Shown: in pieces, positions 47,071-56,733 of the stretch
How positions within the stretch are numbered: the first letter of the stretch is position 1
Layout of the letters: every line of letters starts with the position of its first letter
Assembly (NCBI GenBank): GCA_002104905.1
Contig: MCFE01000575.1
Location: forward strand, 1 to 56,733
DNA from: Basidiobolus meristosporus CBS 931.73
Taxonomy: Eukaryota; Fungi; Basidiobolomycota
Direction of reading: 5' to 3'
Length of the DNA stretch: 56,733 bases
Notes under the pieces: generated by a model
What the model was told of the DNA's origin: nothing
The model's input: the letters and a program-made list of their open reading frames with translations, nothing else
Databases searched by the model: none
Program-made: the position numbers and the translations under genes

Positions 47071-48319
47071 AGACTTGGTCTGATGAATAGTGCCACATTG
47101 AGGCATGAGTGCCAAATGATGCCATAGTGTGCCAGGGAGGCCAAGTGGACTTATACATGGGCAAAGAGTTTGAAACATAGATTGTCATCTTCAAGTAAAG
47201 CAGCCCCTGTGTTTCACCAATTGTGTTGGAGAAAATCCATTTTTTGCCCTTTTTTTTTAAGATCAATGTTATCCATGATGTGTAAGAGGACAGGAGCACT
47301 CAAGACATGCTTCAGGTACTCAATACCCATGGCACTCTGAATCCAGCTCCTGTGGCTTGTAACATGTCACAAAAATGCATGGCACTATATTGGCATACTG
47401 GCACTATCTGGTACTATAGGTGCTTTGTATAAGTCTTACTCTAGGGCTAATATTAAAATATAGTTGAGACAATGCCAGTGGACAAAGTTATTGCCATACA
47501 TTTTTGTGACATGTTACAAGTGTCATGCTCACATGACATCCCTGGTCTCTGATGTTCAAGCTAAGTCAAGTTGTTGAAGAAATCTCAGTTCCTTTTAGAA
47601 AGTTCTACTACATTCTAGCAACTTCTGGAAAGCTTTAAGTCAGTGTTACACAATGGAACATTCTATTGAGGCTCCCCTTTGGAATTTAGGTGGCCAAATA
47701 CCTTAAATGGTTATTACATGCTACGTGACTCAGTCACATGATCTGCTGACCCCTGACATATCCCCATGTGATATTCTAGTCTGTTCTTTAGTATATTTCT
47801 ATCTTGGCACACTTACTGTGCCTCACCCCAGAACCCCATTAGTATTAGCCAATATCTCTTGGCATCCATATTGCCAAAAAGTATATATAGTCCTATCCCC
47901 CCTGATGTGATCCTCAGTCTAATAAACGCAGGTCCTGAATCAACAGCCTTGCCTTGTTGATCCTTACCTACGTTCTTCCCTGGTCCTGCCTTGCCAAGCT
48001 CTACTCTCCTGCCTGGTGTCTATTCATAACAACAAGCCACATGAGCTATATTCAGAGTGACATGGGTATTGAGTACCTGAGGCTTGTCTTCAGTCCTTCT
48101 GTCCTCTTCACATCATGCACAACATTGATCTGAAAAAAAATGGCAAAAAATGGATTTTCTCCAGCACAATTGGTGAAACACAGGGGCTGCTTTACTTGAA
48201 GATGACAATCTATGTTTCACACTCTGTGGCCAGGTACATGTCCACTTGGCCTCCCTGGCAAACTATGGCATCATTTGGCACTTGTGGCTCAATGTAGCAC
48301 TATCCAATGAAATAAGTCT
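47071..48319. mobile_element. Non-autonomous Pangu-like element, 1249 bp, ~290-bp inverted arms, TSD ATT
   Basis: AGACTT...AAGTCT termini resemble 38140-41542; ATT at 47068-47070 and 48320-48322; arms 47071-47360 and 48032-48319; empty paralogous site at ~42068. Confidence 0.85.
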
Positions 48320-48419
48320 ATTATGAATAATGTTGTGGCACCACAAACACATATATATAACACTTTTCCCCTTTGGTTTGACTCACTTTCATATATATTT
48401 CAACAAAAATGAAGCAAAG

Positions 48420-49430
48420 ATGTCTGCTTCCCAGCCAAAGACCACTGTTGATGACAGCACATGAATGCTTGGACAACTGCTTGCTCTGATGTTCAGGGCA
48501 ACAGGCAGGGCTACATACAAAAAAGGCCATGCTGATGGTATGCCCACTTTAGGCAGTAATGCAGACTCCCCAGGCTCTCAGTCAAGTAGGCAACTGAGAA
48601 TTACTGCAGAGCTACAAGCTAACCATAATGCTTGGACAGATGAGAAAGGGCAAATGCAGTACCTCTTGTGGAAGACCAGCATATGACCATCATAACATCA
48701 CCACTACCAGTATTAGCCAGTGTGTTTTTAGCTGTTTTCTCAATAGTTGGAAGTGCTGCCAGTTAAGCTACACTCTAGTGAGGTATATGAGCTTGCAGAG
48801 AGTGGCGCTTTGTCTACCACTGCCTCTGTATCCTCCATTTTGAACACATTGTAAGTTTCACCAACAGACAATGCAACAATGTCAAGAACTCAGAAGACTA
48901 CCACAATATGTACAGTGGAATTTCAGGGCAATAATAGGCACCAAAAAAGGGTGCAGCATTTCCTCAAGGGCAGTACTCAAGAAAACACAATTGAACATTG
49001 CACAGATCTATTGCAAAGACTGGCAGATGAGGTGCCAGACCTTGCAGTGCTGGCTGAAGACCAGGACTTATGGAAACTAGGTAATGAGCAACAGCATAAA
49101 GCCATAGGGTTCCTGCCAAAATCATGCAAAAAGGGCATTTCAGCAAAAATACTAATTGAATGGTGGATTTAATGGAGCTACTTGTTGAGTGTGAAGTTGG
49201 GCTTAATGCTAATGTTTAGTATAGAGACTTGTATAGGTCAGTAAAATTGGCAATTGAGTTACAATCAATGATTGAACAGAAATACACCAATTTGTTTGCA
49301 CAAAAAGTAAGAGCATTGTTTGAGTTGGGAAGTAAAGAGTGTGAAAAAATTCCAATACCCAATCAATATACACAAATGCAGGAGGTGATTGAGTGTCTGG
49401 GTTTAGAAAGTAGCAGAATATCCATATGAA
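48420..49430 (+). pseudogene. Internally deleted copy of unknown ORF Y
   Basis: 48320-48560 aligns with the reverse complement of 41850-42070; 48879-49430 aligns with 29150-29640 and the reverse complement of 31750-32227. Confidence 0.6.
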
Positions 49431-49431
49431 A

Positions 49432-50536
49432 AATCTCAAACTTGGAATTCATCTGATTTTCAGCTGGTATTCTGCTGGTTTTCTAATGGTTTTTTGCTGT
49501 TATTCAGCTGGTGTTTTTGGTTCAAAATCTCAAATGCAATTTTTGATGAAAGTAATGGGCAGCTAATTACCAAATTTGGCATGGATGCTAGTTGGCCTAG
49601 TCTCCTCCTGGAGAGTTTGTTTGCTTGCCTGCTCATAAGCTAACAACAGGATATTGAGAGTTGTCAATTTTGAGAAACTTGGAATTCAGCTGATACTATG
49701 ATGGTATTTTGCTGGCCTTTTCTTAATTTTTTTCTTAGGGATACCAAGCTATTATGTATTGTTGTGATGAAAAATCTTTACCAAGTTTTACTGTGAAATT
49801 GGTGGTGCATTTTTGTTATGGTCTTTACACAGTATAAAAGCATTTGAGGTATGTTGAAAAAGGTGAGAACAGGTGGCCATCAAACATTATTGGCAATATA
49901 TCATTTAGTGCAAAAGTAACAGATTTTATGCTATTGCCAGAGAAAACTCCCAAGTATTGTTGTGTGTATGTGCCAATACCATAGAGAGGATCTCACATCT
50001 CATGATCAGCCAATATCCAGGGTATGAATTGCTATTCTCTATATGGTTGCCCATTGGCATTATACCATTGAAAAGTTGCATCCTTGTAGAATGCTTACTG
50101 GTGGAAGTGGTTAGTCCTAATACTCTGCTGTACTGACATTGATATACCATACTATCCCTCAAGCCAATGTCTTTTATTAGTCATCATAAGTAGATCCATG
50201 AGTGCACAATGCCCTGCAAAGTCTTATGAGCATTGTTTCCCCTATCAATAATCTCAAGCTTAGAATTCATCTGATTTTCAGCTGGTGTTCTGCTGGTATT
50301 GAGCTGGTGTTTTTTGGCAATATTTTCAGTTTCAATTTTGATGGAAGTAGTGGGTGACTGGTAACCAGGTTTGGCACAAATGCTAGTTGACTTGATCTCC
50401 TCTTGGAGAGTATGTCTGCTTGCTACCTAATTGCTAGTACCTGAGATATTGAGCATTGTCAGTTTTGAGAAACTTGGAATTCAGCTGATATTATGATGGT
50501 ATTTTGCAGGCCTTTTCTTAATTTTTTCTCTTAGGG
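49432..50536 (+). repeat. ~300-bp direct repeat (about 49432-49741 and 50250-50536) with internal CAGCTGG/AACTTGGAATTCA motifs
   Basis: Visible pairwise similarity; the block is absent at the equivalent position of the ORF Y paralog near 29640. Confidence 0.75.
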
Positions 50537-51489
50537 TGCCTGCACAATAGTTCTTTCAGACACTGTGACTATGCAGAATCTCAATGGGGCATCATTGATC
50601 TGGGCCATAAGCTGACAATGTACCTGAGATTCTTTATCATCACTTTCTGGGTAATGCCTAGAATGGCTAGGTGAGCCAAGAGGGCTTTGCACCTGCTCAG
50701 CTTGGTTTAGGCAAGATGGAGAATATAGCTGGGTGCTGTAATTATGTTGTTGGGTGGCTATCCACACTTCATAGGTGTGGCACTGAATATTATGTCTAAA
50801 AACAAGATTTGGGAGGCAGGACACTAGCCATACTCTTGTAAATACCTTCTGTGCTGCCCATATGCTTCACAATCACAATGCTTACTGCAGTAACTGAGTG
50901 CTAATGATGCTTGATCAAAGTATTCTGGTTTATATAGCTTGAAGATTACTAAGGTAATGCCAACATATGACATTTTGATAAGATTAAGCCCCATTCAAGG
51001 GACCTATCAAGATTATAGGCTACTCATACAAGTATGCAAAAGTGAAAGCTATGCCTAATCCAACAATTAATGAATATTGTAGCAGTCTATATGTAATAGA
51101 CTACTAGGAGGAATTGGAGACACTTGATCTACCATAAATTGCAAAGTCTAATGTTCAGCAAAAACAGGTTGGGTCATCTCAAATAAGAACCAACTGAAAG
51201 CCAGGAGATGAGGTATTCTATATAAGTCAGATCTGCCAGGTCTCCCAACCACTTCCAACATTTCTACCACCCTTGCAACCATTTCAAGTTATTGTATAGC
51301 AGTGTATTTAGCATGCATTTGGTGGATCTTTTAGACCAAATCTTCACCGGTATCCCATCCTTTCAATGCATCCACAATTTCGATGTCTAAGGTTGGCCAG
51401 CTGTGAAACCATCATGATGGAAGATTTTGAGGCTAAATCAATGTTACCATGTATAACCGGCACGCAATACGCCAACAAATGAACTGGAC

Positions 51490-52560
51490 ATCTGTAATTG
51501 TTGTTTCAACCGCTACTGGAAATTGGTACTTGAATACGGAGGTGGTAGGCTCCCAGCTGACGCATCATATTCATCTTCCGCATCCTCCTCTTGTCCCTAG
51601 CACTCTTGTCTTTCTGGTGCTTCTGGCAAGCACTTCTCCATAACGCTTGGTGAGGAAATCCAAAGTTGAAATGGACATTGCGTGGCCGAGGGTCTACACT
51701 TATCCCCAGCCCCTACTTTGTAACTCTAAGCACCCAAACTCGGCCGCTGATCACAAGAGCCAGCTCCAAAGCTCCAGAATAGCTGAACAAGGCGCATGAA
51801 AGGATAGTCATGTTGCTCGGGACCCTAGTAAACAACTGGATCCAGTCAAATGAGGAGGACCGAATCATCGCCGAAAATGGTTTCCAAGGAACCGAAACCC
51901 AAGATCTTCATCGACACCAATGATTTATCCAGCATTGGGCACGTATCATCCAACCACCGGCTCCACTCTCCACTCATCCTTCCAACCACGTTACTGCCAT
52001 GAATGGGAACCACGAACCGAGCACCCCAAAGCTTCCTTTATTTCTCACCATCACATATATTTCAAGTAGTCACACAAATGAGAGATTTGGAACCGCTTTC
52101 AAAGGTGAGGGCGCGCCGTTAGGTTGGAAGTGGGGATTCCAAGGAGAATGGGAGGCCTGTTTAGGAACCAACCACTGCAGATAATTTGGCGGATCAGGAG
52201 TATACAGTTACCGCTTATCAAACCCCAAAGCTAAGTCGTCAGGCCCCTAATCAGCAGCCAGGCTGGTGAGGTAGATAGATGAGACATCGAGCATCTATAT
52301 AGTTTACCAGGGAAAATTGCATCCGTTCATGGAAAAGGTTCATCAGCATAGGGACACCAGATTGACAGGTCATAAGAGGATTCCCACGCACTAGATTTAT
52401 CGGACATTTTTCATGCGGCCGGACTGCGAGAATAGAAGAGAAATCCATATCCAAAGTATGGGATTCGGTTTCGGTCGCAGGATGGTAGTTGAGTCGTTGT
52501 TTCAATCCAACCATACCACATACCACACACCACATACCACATACCTCATTCATTCACGGT
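51490..52560 (-). other. Possible spliced gene of unknown product
   Basis: CpG-rich, genic composition; candidate splice sites (GAG^GTATGT near 52546, CTG^GTAAAC, CG^GTAACT); no consistent frame or family recognised. Confidence 0.3.
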
Positions 52561-52801
52561 TTCGTCTTTGTGTCATTGACCGGTGGGCGGTGGTGATCCA
52601 TATATATGAAGGATCATTTGTCAGTCACAACAACAACCATCCGATTTCCCACCATTCCTGTCAGAGCCTGACACCTATTTCACCACCACCTCTTGGTGCC
52701 CACACCGGTATCTGAACTAGTATCATCCTCCACTACCGCCAACGTAATCGCTCATCTTGGGTGCCTCCCACTTCTCCGAACAACGGAAGAGTCTCAAAAA
52801 C

Positions 52802-53750
52802 ATGTCACTAATCCAACCGCCGGCCACCGAACTTTCTCCCTCGCGCTCGCGGGCACTACAGCTCCCAGATGTGCTGGCGCTGGTGTTCAGGTTTCTCGCC
52901 AAGGGGAACTCGGTGTATCCGTGCCTTTTCGTGAGTAGACTCTGGCATTCGGTGGCGGCCCGAGTCCTCTGGATCAACTTGAGCTTTTCCCAGGAGACGG
53001 AATTCAAGAACTTTCTCCACACCACTAACGAACGCACGACCGCGGTGTTTCCAGGCTACACTCGTAGCATCCGCATAGTCCAGCTCAAAGGCAGTCTCAC
53101 CCTTCCCACCTTTGGTGCAGACAAGGCGTTCACTCAGACTCGACCGGTTGGAGTTCTTCATCTGCCACCGCCTTCAACTGGACTCTATATGCACCTTGAT
53201 CAAGCAAAACCCGAACCTGACCCAGGTTCGATTCCCCGGTTGCGTCCAGGTGGACGACGAGGTTTTGCTGCTGTTGGCGCGACATTGCCCCTCCCTGGAG
53301 TACCTGGACCTCCGGGCGTGCTCCAACGTCACCGACCGCGGGATCCAGGCCGTGGCCAGAAACTGCCCCTCGCTGAGTTTCCTGAACGTGGGCCGCACCA
53401 GCGACGGGGAGCATATCACTGACCGCTCGGTCATGGAGATCGCCGCGAACACCAACATCACGACTCTAGGGGTTAGCGGATGCAACGTCTCCGACGAAGG
53501 ACTCCTGGCCCTCATTCAGCATCGCAAGGGCCAGCTGGAGCGTCTTTCTTTGAACCACTGCTCGTCGATCACCGATCGCTCCATGGCACAGTTGGTATCC
53601 TGCACCAATCTCTCCGTATTGGAGGTGAAGGGGTGCGTGCTAATCCGTAACATGAGGATATTCCAACTGCTGCATCATAAACGAGTCTTTCTCGAGCTGT
53701 GCCCGGTGTTACAGGCGAGATTTCAGCCGAACCAACCTCCTCCCGCCTAA
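52802..53750 (+). CDS. F-box/leucine-rich-repeat protein (AMN1/FBXL-like); frame changes near 53080-53120
   Basis: F-box-like LQLPDVLALVFRFL...CLFVSRLW; cysteine-containing LRRs (LEYLDLRACSNVTDRGI, LSLNHCSSITDRSM). Confidence 0.85.
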
Positions 53751-53936
53751 CCCACTCCACCTAGACCTCAGCCGGAGAGCTGTGTAAATATTCTTATTGT
53801 CCTACCCTCATTAATAAACATCCCTTGCACCTGATGACTAGACACCAAAGCAGATACCGAGTACCTTTGGATGTCGGTTTATTAAGTTCAATCGAATATG
53901 TATAGTAACAGTCTATCCCCATCTTCATCCACCTAT

Positions 53937-55471
53937 TCATACTTGTCCGCAATCCCGGATCACGACCTTCTTGGTTGGCTTACCAGAGCTGGTCCCGAGC
54001 TTCTCCATCCTGCGCACGACGTCCAGTCCAGCCACAACCTGGCCAAACACCACATGCTTGTCATCCAACCTTGGGGGGAAGGGAGAACGGTTAGCAAGAT
54101 GGTTCGCATGTATGGAAGCGGTACAAATGCTCCTCCTACCACTCGGTCTTCTCGGTACAAATGAAGAACTGGGATCCGTTGGTGTTGGGTCCGGCGTTCG
54201 CCATAGACAGGATGCCGGGCCCGGTGTGCTTGAGGATGAAATTCTCGTCGGCGAATTTTCCCCCGTAGATCGACTTCCCCCCGGTTCCATTGTGGTTCGT
54301 GAAGTCCCCTAGATGAATCGGTGAGTCGGCAGGGAAACAAAATCCTCCCCCGTTGATCACCTCTCACCTCCTTGACACATGAACTCGGGAATGATCTGTG
54401 ATGGCGGGTTAGCGAAGTGACGGTCATCGGTTTATGGGGGGATACTTACACGATGGAACGAAGAGCCCTTGTATCCGAATCCTTTCTCGTGAGTGCACCT
54501 AACAATTCAATGGGTCAGCAGGTCTTTACTAACGAAATCAGCCAACCCCACCAGGGATGTCACGAGTGCACGTACAAAGCGCGGAAATTCCTGCGGATGC
54601 CAAAGAGTTAGTGTTCGTCCCAAGCTATATGCGGCCCATGATACTTACTCGACCGTACGAGGAACAACATCGGCCCTTAGTTCCATAACAATGCGCCCAG
54701 CCTTGGCCCCACCGATCTCGATATCGAAGAACACCCTAACGTTTGAGGCTAGGTTAGCCGAATCCACGACGATCAAACCACGTAGGTGAACGTGAGAGCC
54801 TTACTTTGGATTGCTCTTATATCCGGTCTCCACGGGGGTATCCGCGCTTTCCTCGACCTTTGGTTTCTTGGCAGCCGGCTCGGGGGCCGACTGTTCCTCC
54901 GTCGCCGGAGGAGCACTATCCTTGAGCCAGGCATCCTCGGACCACACTACCCAACGAAAGGTTACCACCTCGTCCTGAGCGAAATATGACTGAGTGAACC
55001 CTACCGGCGCGTGTGGGCGCTTCTCTCCTGGCACCTGGTTTCGCGAGATTCACCTTGATGACCCTTCCGTAAAGCTCCGAGTTATGCATGTTGTCGATGG
55101 CCGCTTGGGCATCCTCCGGGTTCTCGAACTCAACAAAGCCAAAACCGCGATGCTGCTCACCTAAGGGGGGAGGAAAACGAAGGGGTGAGTGGTGGGGGGG
55201 GGAGGTGTGGACCGCACTGGTTGTCCATCAGGAAAGGAACCACTGCTTACGTGAACTGGGGTTGTTGGGGATCTGGGTTTCCACCAGATCTCCAAACGGG
55301 AGAAAAGCCGCGGAGAGGATCTCCTCGTTCACCAACTCGTCGAGACCACCTATGGTTTAGTTCAGTACGGGTTCCATCTGATCCAAGTCGAGTGGGTGTT
55401 CGATCTAACTTGCCTACGAAGAGGGTGGTTTTTGTGTTTTTTTCGGTCATTCTGTGGGAAGTATTGGTCAA
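53937..55471 (-). CDS. RRM-containing cyclophilin (cyclophilin E/Cyp33-like peptidyl-prolyl isomerase), multi-exon
   Basis: RRM exons ([46 protein letters not shown]); PPIase exons ([55 protein letters not shown]); GT-AG introns; stop at 53937; start may be 55471 or 55450. Confidence 0.93.
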
Positions 55472-55990
55472 CCCCGCTCAAGCGACCCTTCGCCAAATTC
55501 CCACAATTTTACCTCGCTGCTATTTAGGCAGGTTTGGCAAAATAATGCAAGGAATTAGCGGGGTTGATTAGGATCACGGTAAGGGTTAGGGTTGGGCTGG
55601 GTCGTATCGGGATGGCGATTCTCGTAGGGACCGTCATCAGACTACGAATATGCGGAATTTGACATGATGTGAGCACTTGGTGGCTACAATGAGTACCACA
55701 TCAGATCACAATTTTAGGCGTTTTTGGAGTAGTGTCGCTAACCATTGCCATAAAATGACGGTTTCAACATCAAATGATCTCATGGCAATCGAATTAGTGC
55801 GATTCTCTCGCAGCGGACTTCTCCAGCTGGATCGATTAGGATTGTGGTTGAAACCTGTGACCAATGAGTGGATCTAGAAGCCAAGCTTGGGACTGCTCCG
55901 TTCCTTTGGACGCAATAAATACGTGAACTCTTCGAAAATCGAGCCTTCGTATTATTAAATCAAATTTCTAGTCTTTTCTTAGTTCTCCAT

Positions 55991-56733
55991 ATGAGTCAAA
56001 CCGACTATTCTGCCCATCGTGCTGGTCTTTCAGAAGTTCAGAATGACTGGGGCATGATCAAAGCCAAGGATCTTATCAAAGTTCAGGAAGTCATCGTCAT
56101 GTATGTAGTCGTTGAGTAGTGCCCATCCCCCCCTGCTTACTAAGCTGTTTTACTAAAACTAGTGATGGTGAGGTCACCCTGGAAACCGCCGTACAGGTAA
56201 GGCTGTCTTGTGTCAAGTCAACCAGAACTCCAATTACGAGCTAAACCTCTCCACGAATAGACCCTGATCGAAACCGGGGTCAGCTCGGCCCCCATCTACG
56301 ATAGGGAAACCGGCTCGTTTGTGGGGATGTTCGACTATCGCGACATGCTCACGTACGTGCTAGGTGTGAAGGAGCGAAGCAGTATCCTCGACATCGAAAC
56401 TTCACAAGAAATCACCGACCTGCTAAAAAAAACCTCGAACGCGGAGAGAATCCCGGTCAAACTCGCCTCAGGTACTTCTCGTAACCCTCGCCTTCTCCCT
56501 CGGACAGCACGCTGATCACCTTCCCAGACCTATCCCAACAAAACCCGTTCTATTCCATCACCGAGAACACCTCCCTCATCCAAATCTTGGATCTGCTGAG
56601 CACCTCGGTTCATAGAGGTATATTCTGAGTATGTGCTGTTGCGTTGCGTTGCGTGTAGACACTGAACTCCAGATTCTCTTACCAACTCTAGTCGTTGTCG
56701 TTGATGATGGTGGGAACATCAGGGTACGTATTG
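55991..56733 (+). CDS. CBS-domain protein, Sds23-like, multi-exon, runs off the window end
   Basis: MSQTDYSAH...; VSSAPIYD..TGSFVGMFDYRDML; NPFYSITENTSL.QIL..LSTSVHR; GT-AG introns. Confidence 0.8.

Noticed and set aside
1-51300. Classical ascomycete RIP (CpA to TpA)
   Set aside because: CpA/TpG are abundant, and paired differences trace to CpG
53130-55571. Overlapping antisense and alternate-frame ORFs over the F-box/LRR and cyclophilin genes
   Set aside because: These are expected shadows of GC-rich coding sequence, with no independent motifs
55578-55600. AGGGTTAGGGTTGGG telomere-like tract
   Set aside because: Only about two units, within an intergenic promoter region; not an array
1-56733. 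rRNA, tRNA or prokaryotic/phage systems
   Set aside because: None recognised; introns and TE types indicate a eukaryotic nuclear locus, and the only tRNA-related signals are short primer-binding sites

Overview
Eukaryotic, most likely fungal, genomic DNA with two very different compartments. Positions ~1-51,300 are a CpG-depleted nest of transposable elements. It holds at least three Ty3/Gypsy families (G1 with ~368-bp LTRs and one intact 1270-aa gag-pol ORF; family B with ~1.08-kb LTRs in 7 copies; family C as a relic), two Ty1/Copia families, and a PHIS-superfamily (Pangu/PIF-like) DDE transposon with 15-bp TIRs and ATT TSDs plus a non-autonomous partner. It also holds CACTA-like transposase relics paired with a long, divergently transcribed ORF of unknown function ('ORF Y'). 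Positions ~51,350-56,733 are CpG-rich and gene-dense, with spliced genes for an F-box/LRR protein, an RRM-cyclophilin and a CBS-domain (Sds23-like) protein. Four observations stand out. (1) Family-B LTRs repeatedly sit in 4-bp target duplications centred on CG, in a region where CG is being erased. (2) The Pangu-like element is CpG-dense over its F-box-like second ORF but CpG-free over its intact transposase. (3) One Gypsy carries its own LTR inside gag, and a PBS-less derivative with the same junction has its own TSD. (4) A ~700-aa unknown ORF can be reconstructed only after removing nested insertions. All alignments and counts were made by eye, and relic boundaries are approximate.
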